The notes under the pieces: model-generated
What the model saw: only the letters and a program-made list of their open reading frames with translations
What the model was told of the DNA's origin: nothing
The model's database searches: none
Source of the DNA: Cyanobacteria bacterium auto_48_18
GTDB lineage: Bacteria; Cyanobacteriota; Vampirovibrionia; Obscuribacterales; Obscuribacteraceae
Reading direction: 5' to 3'
DNA length: 64,000 nt
Assembly (NCBI GenBank): GCA_036170915.1
Contig: JAVHQC010000029.1
Span: forward strand, 32,001 to 96,000
Program-made: the position numbers and the translations under genes
Shown: one piece after another, positions 40,515 to 49,963 of the stretch
Numbering within the stretch: position 1 is the first letter of the stretch
Layout of the letters: every line of letters starts with the position of its first letter

Positions 40515-42866
40515 ATGCTAAAACGGTCGATGACTAGCTCCCGCTTGGGTGACTTGCTTGTGCAGGCCGGCATTTTGACGCAAGCTCAACTGGCTGATGC
40601 TGCTCGCAGCGCCAAAAACAAGCGCATTCAAATCGGCCAGGCACTGGTGATGAATGGACTGATTTCGCCACGCGACCTTCAATCGGTGTTAGAAGCACAA
40701 TCGATGCTGCGTGATAAATCAGTAGAGTCTGCCGAAGCATTGCGCTGCCTGAAAATCGCTTACAAGCTTGGCGCATCTTTCAAGGATATTCTTTCAGAAT
40801 ATGTTTCACCAAAACGCAGTCAAACCAGCAAGCTTGGCGAGCTGTTAGTTGAGTCAGGCCTGGTTAGTTATGAAGTATTGGCCAAAGCGGTAGAGCAGAG
40901 CTATAGCACAGGCCTCCCCCTGGGTCGCATGCTGGTTTTACACGAAACTATCTCGAACGATTTGCTAACACTGGCACTAGATTTACAAGTGCGTGTGCGC
41001 GACGAAATGATGACAAGACAGGAAGCTCTTACAGCCATTCGCACCGCAGCAGGCCTGGCACCAATTGCACCAGGTGCAACCATAGAAACGGTCAAACCAG
41101 AAAAAGAAGCGCCGCGCAAAAAGGGCCTTCGTTTAGGCGAACTCATGGTCATGGCTGGAGTGCTTACCGAAACTGATGTAATGAATGCTCTCGAGTGGGG
41201 TCTGGTTAATCATCAAACTATCGGCAAAGTACTGATCAGCCAAAATCTGGTATCACAAGAACTTTTAGATGCTGCTCTGGCCATTCAAAAAATGGCCGAC
41301 CAGGAAAACTTTGAGCCCACCAAAGCCAGCGAGTGTCTCACTCGCATTCATGCCAGCGGCATTTCTCTCGACGAAGCGCTGGCTGAAATGAGGGCAGAGA
41401 AAACGGCGCAAGACACCACCGTCACTTACGAAAAACTCTTGATGCTGGCTCGCGTCATCAGTGAAGACGAACTGGAAACCGCATTTGATCTCAGCACAAA
41501 AAGCGCTACTGTGATTGGCAAATTTTTGGTACTGACCGGTCACATGGATGTCACTACCCTGCAGTCAACACTGCGTTGTTATCAGCTATTCTCGCGCGGT
41601 CTGCTCAGCCAGGACGACGCCGTGGTGACCCTCGATTATTCATTGCATCAAAGTTCTGAAGGACCAATGAAGTTTGATGATGCTTTGAAAGAATTGGGCT
41701 GGAATAAAGACCGCGGCCTGAGACTGAAAGGAGAACGCGCCGGAGTTGCTGATCTAAACGACCCCGCCGAAGCCGAGGCAAAAACTGCCGAAGATGCTGA
41801 CAATTCCAGAAGTACTGACTCGACTGATGAGCCTACCCAGGCGTTAGAAACTGGGTCAGCCGCAAACCCTGGTGTCACAAGTGTCTTATCGCCCAGCGAT
41901 TCAATGTCTGCTAACGATTTTGCCGCTAACTTCACTGACATTTTAGCCAAAAATATTGATTCAATTGCCGCACAAATTGCCACCGAAAAACCAATCGAAC
42001 CGCTTAACTTGGATGACGGCAAAGTTACAGTAATTCCTGCTGATATAGAACCGCTACTTGAAGATCCGGCCAGCATACCTGAGATGCCCGCCGATCAATT
42101 AGTATCTGATGTTGGTCTATCAGGTGTAGACGATGACGAAGCATCCGATTCTGATCAAGCTCAAACAAATGCTGACGCTAGTAAACCTAAAAAGCATGTT
42201 CAAACAATACAACCAGAAGATGCAAGAGCAACTCGCCTGGCTACTTTGATGAAAGGTCACAAACAAGGTGAGCGAGACATACTGGCCGGTTTCGATCCTT
42301 CCAGCGATCCGCCTGACGCTTTGCACAGAGTTTTCGAAAGGCTGGCCGCCAGTTACTTTACCCGCGGTAATTACCCACAAGCTCAAGTGATCTACGAAAG
42401 AATTCTTGTGCACCGATTGAACCAGTTAGGCCCAGGTAACACAGTGCTGGTAGCCGATTTGAACAATCTAGCTGGAGTGTTGGTGGCGCAAGAAAAATAC
42501 AATCAGGCTGAGCCTTTTATGCGCCGTGCCGTCACCATTCTTGAGTCAGTGAAAACGTCCGATCCACTGAAGGTTGCCGAAGCGCTTTCATTGCTTGCTA
42601 CTATTTATACACGTCAAGAAAAATTGGTTGAGAGCGAGCCACTTATTAAGCGTGCTCTGGTCATCAGAAAACAACATTTGCTGCCAGAACATCCAGATGT
42701 GGCACAGACGCTTTCAGACTATGCCAAACTTTTGCGCAAACTTAAACGCGACGACGAAGCCGAGCAAATGTATAAAGAAGCGCTGCATATTCTTTCTAAA
42801 ATTGAAGAAGCCGCAGAAGAAGACATGACAGAGTCAGGCAGTCACGAATTAGACTCTGAAAATTAG
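40515..42866 (+). CDS. Protein with four tandem MshEN-like domains, an acidic linker and C-terminal TPRs
   Basis: RLGDLLVQAGIL, QIGQALVMNGLI, KLGELLVESGLV, PLGRMLV, RLGELMVMAGVL, TIGKVLISQNLV and two degenerate motifs. The TPRs are of the long kinesin-light-chain type (LNNLAGV, HPDVAQTL). Confidence 0.8.
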   Translation: MLKRSMTSSRLGDLLVQAGILTQAQLADAARSAKNKRIQIGQALVMNGLISPRDLQSVLEAQSMLRDKSVESAEALRCLKIAYKLGASFKDILSEYVSPKRSQTSKLGELLVESGLVSYEVLAKAVEQSYSTGLPLGRMLVLHETISNDLLTLALDLQVRVRDEMMTRQEALTAIRTAAGLAPIAPGATIETVKPEKEAPRKKGLRLGELMVMAGVLTETDVMNALEWGLVNHQTIGKVLISQNLVSQELLDAALAIQKMADQENFEPTKASECLTRIHASGISLDEALAEMRAEKTAQDTTVTYEKLLMLARVISEDELETAFDLSTKSATVIGKFLVLTGHMDVTTLQSTLRCYQLFSRGLLSQDDAVVTLDYSLHQSSEGPMKFDDALKELGWNKDRGLRLKGERAGVADLNDPAEAEAKTAEDADNSRSTDSTDEPTQALETGSAANPGVTSVLSPSDSMSANDFAANFTDILAKNIDSIAAQIATEKPIEPLNLDDGKVTVIPADIEPLLEDPASIPEMPADQLVSDVGLSGVDDDEASDSDQAQTNADASKPKKHVQTIQPEDARATRLATLMKGHKQGERDILAGFDPSSDPPDALHRVFERLAASYFTRGNYPQAQVIYERILVHRLNQLGPGNTVLVADLNNLAGVLVAQEKYNQAEPFMRRAVTILESVKTSDPLKVAEALSLLATIYTRQEKLVESEPLIKRALVIRKQHLLPEHPDVAQTLSDYAKLLRKLKRDDEAEQMYKEALHILSKIEEAAEEDMTESGSHELDSEN

Positions 42867-42931
42867 TCTCTGAAAACTCGACCATGAAAATTCGACTGGC
42901 CCGGGAGATCGCTTTTTCGCCCCTTACGATT

Positions 42932-42979
42932 TTTTACAACTCATAAGTTGTAGCGCTATACAACTTATCGGTTGTAAAA
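42932..42979. terminator. Long inverted repeat between convergent genes
   Basis: TTTTACAAC-tc-ATAAGTTGTA-gcgcta-TACAACTTAT-cg-GTTGTAAAA. Confidence 0.6.
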
Positions 42980-43028
42980 TTTCTTAGGCATTGAAAAACA
43001 AATCACCCGACCAAGCCAAAACACAAAA

Positions 43029-44081
43029 CTAATGCACAGCAGTAGCACCAGCCGACACAGCCATTAAATCTTCCACGCGCACAATAGTTTCTTCAATATC
43101 TTCAACAGTTAAACCAAAGTGGGTCACCGCTCTAATGCCGAGCTGACCTTCCACCGCCACGAGCACACCAACATCTCTCAATCTTCTTGCCAGTTCGGCC
43201 CGAGACAAATCATTGCGGTCACTTTCGAAAAACACCATATTGGTGCGATGTTGAGCGGGGGCCACTTTGATGCCTGGTATTTGAGCTAAACCATCAGCTA
43301 ATTGATTGGCCAGGGCGTGATCAAGATCCAGCCTTTCCACCATATTATCTAGAGCCCACAAGCATCCGGCAGCCAGTACACCAGCCTGACGCATGCCACC
43401 ACCAAGAGCTTTGCGAACACGCTTTGCTTTAGTAATAAACTCACGATTGCCGCAAATGATTGATCCAACAGGTGCGGCTAATCCTTTAGAAAAGCAAATC
43501 TGCACCGAATCAACGTGAGTGGTAAATTCTTCAATGCTGGCCAGAAGCACCCGGCTGGCATTGAACAACCTGGCACCATCAAGGTGAACCGCTAGACCAT
43601 TTTGTAGAGCCAGCTCTTTGACCATGCGCATGTAAGCGGGCATCAAAGGTTGACCGTTAAAAGTATTTTCTAGAGCAATTAGTTTTGTTTGTGTGCGGTG
43701 CGGATCATCATCGTTAATGCACAAATTGATTTGCTCGAGCGGTAAGGTGCCGTCAGATTCGTTGGCAATTGTGCGCAAGCTGACGCCTCCAAAAGCCGAG
43801 GCACCAGCTTGCTCCCAGATGGCAATGTGCGAGCGAGATCCTAAAATTACTTCATCGCCTCTCTGGCAATGGCTGAGTACCGCCGTGAGGTTGCCCATGG
43901 TGCCGCTGGCAACAAATAGGGCAGCGTCTTTACCGGTCAGCTGAGCGCACCTTTCTTGCAACAAATTGACTGTGGGGTCTTCGCCATAAACATCGTCGCC
44001 TAGCTCAGCCTTATACATGGCATCGCGCATGGCTTGCGGCGGTAGTGTAACTGTGTCGCTACGCAGGTCGATTTTGTTCAT
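43029..44081 (-). CDS. ltaE: Low-specificity L-threonine aldolase
   Basis: IDLRSDTVT, GDDVYGEDPTV, SGTMGN, HLDGARLFNA, FSKGLAAPVGS and GGGMRQAG. Confidence 0.95.
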   Translation of the reverse strand: MNKIDLRSDTVTLPPQAMRDAMYKAELGDDVYGEDPTVNLLQERCAQLTGKDAALFVASGTMGNLTAVLSHCQRGDEVILGSRSHIAIWEQAGASAFGGVSLRTIANESDGTLPLEQINLCINDDDPHRTQTKLIALENTFNGQPLMPAYMRMVKELALQNGLAVHLDGARLFNASRVLLASIEEFTTHVDSVQICFSKGLAAPVGSIICGNREFITKAKRVRKALGGGMRQAGVLAAGCLWALDNMVERLDLDHALANQLADGLAQIPGIKVAPAQHRTNMVFFESDRNDLSRAELARRLRDVGVLVAVEGQLGIRAVTHFGLTVEDIEETIVRVEDLMAVSAGATAVH

Positions 44082-44097
44082 GATTCACTCTTTAGAC

Positions 44098-45483
44098 TCA
44101 AACTTTAACGCCGAAGAAATGTCTGTGCAGCTGAATTACAGCGTTATCGGCATCTTCGTTGAGAACAAGAAAACTCAAATTGATTTCAGATGCACCACCT
44201 GAAATTACCAAAATGTTTATGTCTTTCATAGCCGAGAATACTTCACCGGCGATACCACTGCTACCGCGAAACTGCCGACCAACTACAGTGACAATAGCAG
44301 TGTTGTTCATCACTTTGATCTCGCCCCATTCGGCAAGATCTTCTTTGATGGCGGTGAGATTTTCGGTTGAGTCGATGGTGATTGACAGTGACACTTCAGA
44401 AGTGGCAATTAGATCGATTGATGTCTTGTGCCGATCGAAAACACTGAAGACTTTGGCAAGAAAACCGTGAGCCATAAGCATGCGCGGTGAGCTGATGAAT
44501 AATGCCGTGATATTTTTCTTCGATGCAATGGCGCAGATGCGCTGAGAGAGCGGCACATTGTCTGCTTCAAGCTCTTGCAGATTAGCCTGAATAAGCGTGC
44601 CTGAGCTATCAGGTCGCATCGTATTGAGCACTTTAACAGGAATATTTTTCTCCACCGCTGGCTTGATGGTCAACGGATGCAAAACTTTGGCTCCGAAATA
44701 AGCAAGTTCAGCTGCTTCCTGAAAAGTAACTTGCGAAATTACTTGAGCTTCAGGCACGATGCGCGGATCGCAAGTCATCATGCCGTCTACGTCGGTCCAA
44801 ATTTCAATGCGGCTGGCGTTAGCGGCTACGCCTAAAATAGATGCGGAATAATCTGAACCACCGCGACCCAGAGTAGTGGTGATGCCGTCTAAGGTTGAGC
44901 CGATGAAACCTTGAGTGATAACGGTGAAGCCCGCTTCAGTGGCTGTACCGATCACTGACTGGGCGCGCTTCTCAACTTCTGCCCAGAGCGGATTGCTCTT
45001 GCCGAAGTTATCGTCAGTAATTAGAACCTGACGCGCGTCTACCCATTTTACTTTCGAACCGCGACTGCTCGCATACTCGGCCAGTACGCGCGAAGAAAGC
45101 AATTCGCCGATTGATGACACCACATCTAGTGAACGCTTTGAGAGTTCGCCCAAATAGTTGATGCCGCGCAAAACTGATTCAAGCTCTGCCAGGTGCGGGT
45201 TCAGATCGTCAAGCAAGGCCTGGGCACGGTCAGCTTCGAGCAACCCTTTAACGGCATCAATATGCTTTTGCCTGATCATTTCAATCTGGGCTAGAGCACC
45301 ATCAAGGTTGCGAAGTACAGCCTGATTGGCGGCATCAATCAGAGCGTTGGTGACGCCTGACATTGCTGATACCACCACCAGTGGCGGTCCGTCTGCACTA
45401 TTGGCTTTCGAAATCAATGCGTACACTTGCTCAAAGCGCTCTTTCGAGCCCACTGAAGTGCCGCCAAATTTCATCACTATCAT
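44098..45483 (-). CDS. lysC: Aspartate kinase (lysine-sensitive AKIII type)
   Basis: KFGGTSV, VVSAM, TTLGRGGSDYSA, WTDVDG, FGAKVLHP and two ACT domains. Confidence 0.95.
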   Translation of the reverse strand: MIVMKFGGTSVGSKERFEQVYALISKANSADGPPLVVVSAMSGVTNALIDAANQAVLRNLDGALAQIEMIRQKHIDAVKGLLEADRAQALLDDLNPHLAELESVLRGINYLGELSKRSLDVVSSIGELLSSRVLAEYASSRGSKVKWVDARQVLITDDNFGKSNPLWAEVEKRAQSVIGTATEAGFTVITQGFIGSTLDGITTTLGRGGSDYSASILGVAANASRIEIWTDVDGMMTCDPRIVPEAQVISQVTFQEAAELAYFGAKVLHPLTIKPAVEKNIPVKVLNTMRPDSSGTLIQANLQELEADNVPLSQRICAIASKKNITALFISSPRMLMAHGFLAKVFSVFDRHKTSIDLIATSEVSLSITIDSTENLTAIKEDLAEWGEIKVMNNTAIVTVVGRQFRGSSGIAGEVFSAMKDINILVISGGASEINLSFLVLNEDADNAVIQLHRHFFGVKV

Positions 45484-45526
45484 TGAAGGAGACCTAATCT
45501 AACCTGTAGAGCGTTCTGTCTGGATA

Positions 45527-46843
45527 TTAACGTCTCCAGACGTCAGCGCCGAGATCACGTAGTCTTTCTTCGAGCTTGTCATAACCACGGTCAAGGTGGC
45601 TCAAACCAGTCACTTCAGTTACTCCATCAGCACCGAGACCGGCAATGATAAGAGCGGCTGCTGCGCGCAGGTCGCTTGATTTGACTTCAGCGCCCATCAG
45701 CTTAGGCACGCCTTTGACGATGGCCGAATTAGCTTTTAACTGAATGTCTGCACCCATTCTGCGCAACTCGCCCACTTGCATGAAGCGGTTTTCGTACATG
45801 GTTTCAGTCATTATAGAAGTGCCTTCAGCCACTGCCAGCACAGACATCAGTGGTGCCTGCAAGTCAGTGGGGAAGCCAGGATAAGGAACTGTGGTGACGT
45901 CAATTGCTTTCAGTCTACCCTCAACCTTGATCTTAATTGTGTCTGGTGCGTAAATGGAACACTCAGCGCCCATCTCATGAATTTTGCTGATCACTGCATA
46001 AATGTGATGAGCATTAGCACCATTGATGATGATTTCACCACCAGCAGCCATACAGGCATAGAGGAAAGTACCGACTTCCAGTCTGTCTGGAATGGTATCA
46101 ACTACGGCACCATGCATTTCTTCTTGCGGTACGCCATCAATAACGATTTGATAGGTGCCGGCACCAGTAATCTTGCCGCCCATGGCATTGATACAATCAG
46201 CCAGGTTAACAATTTCAGGGTCTTGAGCAGCATTCTCGATAATGGTCTGACCTTCAGCCAGAGCCGCTGCCATCATAATATTTTCAGTAGCACCATTACT
46301 TGGTCTGTCCAGGTAGATGCGCGCACCAGTCAATTTTGTCGCTGAAGCGTAAACATAACCATGGTCGATGCCAACTTCGGCTCCGAGTAATTTCAAGCCT
46401 TTTTCGTGCAAATCAATGCGGCGTTCGCCGATGGCACATCCGCCAGGCAACGAAACTTTTGCTTCGCGGCAACGAGCCAGAAGTGGCCCCAGCACAACAA
46501 ATGATGCTCTCAACTGACTGACGAGCTCGTATGGAGCTTCAATTTCGGTCAGGTTGGTGGCATCGATACTAACTTCGTTATTGCTAATTTCAACCACGGC
46601 GCCGAGGTGACGGAGCACATCAGCCATCATGTGCACATCGGTGAGGTTTGGCACGTTTCTTAAGACGGTAACGTCTTTAGCAAGAAGCGCTGCTGCCATC
46701 ATTTTCAGAACGGCATTCTTAGCGCCGAATATTCTGGTTTCGCCACGAAGCGGTTTGCCGCCGCGAATAATGATGCGCTCTTCGGCTTCTTGAGGGCCCT
46801 GTTTTGCTGGAGGATCGAGTCTGGTTATTTGTGGTGGTGTCAT
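45527..46843 (-). CDS. murA: UDP-N-acetylglucosamine 1-carboxyvinyltransferase
   Basis: GAKNA, LRAS, LPGGCAIGERR (catalytic Cys), ATEN, PGFPTDLQ and HLDRGY. Start taken at ATG 46843. Confidence 0.96.
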   Translation of the reverse strand: MTPPQITRLDPPAKQGPQEAEERIIIRGGKPLRGETRIFGAKNAVLKMMAAALLAKDVTVLRNVPNLTDVHMMADVLRHLGAVVEISNNEVSIDATNLTEIEAPYELVSQLRASFVVLGPLLARCREAKVSLPGGCAIGERRIDLHEKGLKLLGAEVGIDHGYVYASATKLTGARIYLDRPSNGATENIMMAAALAEGQTIIENAAQDPEIVNLADCINAMGGKITGAGTYQIVIDGVPQEEMHGAVVDTIPDRLEVGTFLYACMAAGGEIIINGANAHHIYAVISKIHEMGAECSIYAPDTIKIKVEGRLKAIDVTTVPYPGFPTDLQAPLMSVLAVAEGTSIMTETMYENRFMQVGELRRMGADIQLKANSAIVKGVPKLMGAEVKSSDLRAAAALIIAGLGADGVTEVTGLSHLDRGYDKLEERLRDLGADVWRR

Positions 46844-47174
46844 GTTCCCTGCCGCTTTAATGATAGGGGAGCTTGATACGGCCCTCAAGGGCAGGCAGTC
46901 ACTCACGCATGGCTCCATTTAGCGAAGTGACTGGTTCGGTGGCAAACTACTGCTGTTGGGTAGAATAATTCGTTCACCAAGAGGCTTATTTTCCGCCTCT
47001 GTAGATACTCTACAACGGTCAGGTAAATACAATGTTAAGCGAATTCCACAAACCTTTTTGCGTTCTGTTACGTTTTAGCCGCATGCAGTGCTGGTCTTGC
47101 TCTAGAGGATTGAAAACAGTTATAAAGTAGGATGTTAAAGTGCGGTAAACTCTAGCTGCCAAGGGGAATTTTTC

Positions 47175-47555
47175 ATGTCATTTCGTCGCATTTTCGCAGT
47201 GGTGCTGAGCTTTTTCTCAATGGCGGTTTTTCTCGACGGCTGCGTCATGTCTGAAGAAATGAAGCGTATCGAGCAGGTTAAACAATCGCAAGATCGCAGA
47301 GCTGAAGCCGGCTCTACCAATTTGAACGGCGAGCAATTATTTTTCCGCAGCTGCAATACCTGTCATCCCAGTGGCAGAGCCAATATGGGGCCGAGCCTGG
47401 AATCGCTCTCTGAGCACTTTCCCGACGATGCAAAACTGAAAGCATATATTCGCAAAGGTTCGGGCATGATGCCGCCTCAGCCAAAAGATGTAATCAACGA
47501 TCAAGAGCTGGACAATCTAGTTGATTACTTACGCCATCTCACTTTCGATAAATAG
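47175..47555 (+). CDS. Monoheme c-type cytochrome lipoprotein
   Basis: Lipobox-like FLDGC, CNTCH haem motif, GPSL and distal Met in GMMPP. Confidence 0.88.
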   Translation: MSFRRIFAVVLSFFSMAVFLDGCVMSEEMKRIEQVKQSQDRRAEAGSTNLNGEQLFFRSCNTCHPSGRANMGPSLESLSEHFPDDAKLKAYIRKGSGMMPPQPKDVINDQELDNLVDYLRHLTFDK

Positions 47556-47564
47556 ACAAGCAGA

Positions 47565-48170
47565 CTATTGCACTATTAGCATCTCTAAAAGCCAGATTAC
47601 TACTGCTAAGAAGAGCAGCAGCATGACGATACGCGAAAGCAATGCCGGGCTGGAAAGAATAATTGGCTGAATAGGCAAATACTTGATGAACACTTTAGCG
47701 ATGCGGTCGCGATCTGACAGGTAAATCGAAGTGATAATCAAGGGCCAGAGCCGCTTTTCACCCATGACCGGATGGTAGAGCACCAAAATTAGCTCAGGCG
47801 AAAGATATACTTTCGATACCTGTTGCCAGTTAACAGTTTTACGTTGTGGCCAGTACGGCCCGCGATATTTGATTCCGTGACGACTGAGCTGCAAACTTGA
47901 AGGCGTCAAATAGGGCCTGAGCCCAACCATAATCGACAAAGCCGCAATACCTAGGAAAAAACCCTCGATATTGATCAATAGTTTCCAGTCTTTGGCCAGG
48001 AGCAGCGGCGTCCAGCAATATTTGGCCAGACCGAGATAAGCAGAGGCAAGCACGAGACACATGAGCATTTCGCTCGGTTCTTTTTGTTCGACGAAGTTGT
48101 CTTGAGCCTCTCCTTCAGTGTCGGAAATGCCAATATCTGCGTAAGGATCATCTTCATCGGGCTGTGCCAT
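47565..48170 (-). CDS. Hypothetical membrane protein
   Basis: Three hydrophobic helices around a small soluble domain, with an acidic N-terminus. Confidence 0.7.
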   Translation of the reverse strand: MAQPDEDDPYADIGISDTEGEAQDNFVEQKEPSEMLMCLVLASAYLGLAKYCWTPLLLAKDWKLLINIEGFFLGIAALSIMVGLRPYLTPSSLQLSRHGIKYRGPYWPQRKTVNWQQVSKVYLSPELILVLYHPVMGEKRLWPLIITSIYLSDRDRIAKVFIKYLPIQPIILSSPALLSRIVMLLLFLAVVIWLLEMLIVQ

Positions 48171-48253
48171 AGAGCCTAGAGTAGCTTAATTTGGAAGCCA
48201 GTTACAAGTGGTAAAACCCGGTAAATTCAGGTGTTTTTACCGAGAGGTCAAAA

Positions 48254-49954
48254 TCAGCCGAACAGTTCTTTGCTGGCGATACCAGCACGCAAATTTACCT
48301 CGTCTTTAATTGCCTCTGGCGCCGTATTTAAATCTCCAATCCAGTCGAGATCCGCCACCGCTTTATAAAAGTCTGAGTCAAAGGCACGAGTGCGCACCAC
48401 AACCGGCATGGGCACTGCATAACCCAGCACTAGCGCTTGTTGTTTCGGGTCCATCTGGGCCAGCACAGTACGCAAAGTACTTGACCCTGATACTCCAGTG
48501 AATACAGCATCGATATCTTTTTCATCGTTGAGCAATGCGGTGACCCTGGTGCCGATTTGACTGAGCACTTCCGGGTCGATTCCTGATGGTCTTTGATCGA
48601 CAATCAAAAGAGTGACGAAATACTTGCGCATTTCTCTGGCGATAATACCAAATATGGTTTGCTTAGCCACCGCCGGCGAGAGAAATTTATGCGCTTCCTC
48701 TATCACTATCATTAGTTTGCGTGGGGGCGGAACTCGCTCAGGATCACAGACATAAAGCTCTGACTGGCGCACGTACTCGGCGTGAATGCGTCTGGTAATA
48801 ATGTTGGTGGCAAGCATGTACGAAAGCAAATTATTTTGCCGGCCAAATTCGAGCACCACATGTTTGCCGGCGGCGATTTGATCAAGAATCTCTTCTATAT
48901 AGTTATGACCAACTCGTGGTTTCAAATACGGTGTCTTTTGCACCACAGTGTTGAGCCTGCGCTGCAGTGTTTTTAGAGAAGTTGGATGCCCCTTAAAGTT
49001 CTGGCAAAATTCTTCAATTTCGTCACCAGACATATCGAGCAGTGCTGAAATCCAATCAGCCCCGTTCTTCTCTTTGAAAATGTAAGCATTTTCCAGTGAT
49101 GCTTCCGTTAAATTGAGCTCGTTTTTAAGTAAATCGAGATCTTCAATTTCAATCTGGTTATAACCAATGTTGAGTTCGCGTGCATCAGGAATGCCGCGTG
49201 CTCGCGAAGACTCTTTATCAAGCGAAAACACCACCACCTGTGAGCCAAAAAGCTGTTTCAAGCCCTTCACTCTTGGCGCTGATTTACTCTCAGACATAGC
49301 CTGCCAACCGTACTCATTGTGCATATCGAAAACCAGCACCGATGCCAGATCTTTTTTGATAATGCCGCTCAAAAATATGCGTGTCAAAAACGATTTGCCC
49401 GTGCCCGATTTGCCAAAAATGCCGTTAGAGCGTTCGATGAACCGATTGAGGTCCACGCATACCGGAGTTTCCATGTTCAGCGGTCGGCCGATATTAAAGT
49501 GAGTGTTGTGCGGATCGCTTTCGTCTTCTTCACCGAACACCAGAGCAAAGTCAGCCGAGTCAGCTTCATAGACTGGAGAAAAATGTGAGGGAATAGTCTT
49601 CACCGGCCGCAACTCACGGCCGTCGCCCTCGTTATCACCTTTAATCTTGCCTGTGCCCTGCTCGAGCATTAACATCGGTTGCAATTTAACTGTGCCGAAG
49701 GTGGTCATGCCAGAGAGTACCGACATGAGAAAAGGGTCGGTGCGAGGCGGGTTGAGCAAAATACTTTGATTGGCCGCTGACAGCGTGACGTCAGTGAGCA
49801 TGCTGAAAAAGCGCGAATTAGCGCCTTCCACCACAACAAAGCGGCCCACGCGCAAATCTTCTACACTTTGAGCGGTATCAAGCCTCATTTCCAGACCGGC
49901 TGAAAGCGAGCCCTGGATAATGATGCCCAGATAGTTTGGCTTCGATTCAGGCAT
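48254..49954 (-). CDS. herA: HerA-family (DUF87) ATPase with an N-terminal HAS-barrel
   Basis: Walker A GKSGTGKS, DMHNEYG, Walker B IVIEEAH, REMRKY and DQRPS. Confidence 0.85.
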   Translation of the reverse strand: MPESKPNYLGIIIQGSLSAGLEMRLDTAQSVEDLRVGRFVVVEGANSRFFSMLTDVTLSAANQSILLNPPRTDPFLMSVLSGMTTFGTVKLQPMLMLEQGTGKIKGDNEGDGRELRPVKTIPSHFSPVYEADSADFALVFGEEDESDPHNTHFNIGRPLNMETPVCVDLNRFIERSNGIFGKSGTGKSFLTRIFLSGIIKKDLASVLVFDMHNEYGWQAMSESKSAPRVKGLKQLFGSQVVVFSLDKESSRARGIPDARELNIGYNQIEIEDLDLLKNELNLTEASLENAYIFKEKNGADWISALLDMSGDEIEEFCQNFKGHPTSLKTLQRRLNTVVQKTPYLKPRVGHNYIEEILDQIAAGKHVVLEFGRQNNLLSYMLATNIITRRIHAEYVRQSELYVCDPERVPPPRKLMIVIEEAHKFLSPAVAKQTIFGIIAREMRKYFVTLLIVDQRPSGIDPEVLSQIGTRVTALLNDEKDIDAVFTGVSGSSTLRTVLAQMDPKQQALVLGYAVPMPVVVRTRAFDSDFYKAVADLDWIGDLNTAPEAIKDEVNLRAGIASKELFG

Positions 49955-49963
49955 TTCTATGGG

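Noticed and set aside
45484..45526. Lysine riboswitch upstream of lysC
   Set aside because: Only 43 bp separate murA and lysC, and the murA leader lacks the lysine-riboswitch consensus.
48254..49954. HerA anti-phage defence system
   Set aside because: No Sir2, DUF4297 or nuclease effector is adjacent and there is no defence-island context. The protein looks like the housekeeping type.
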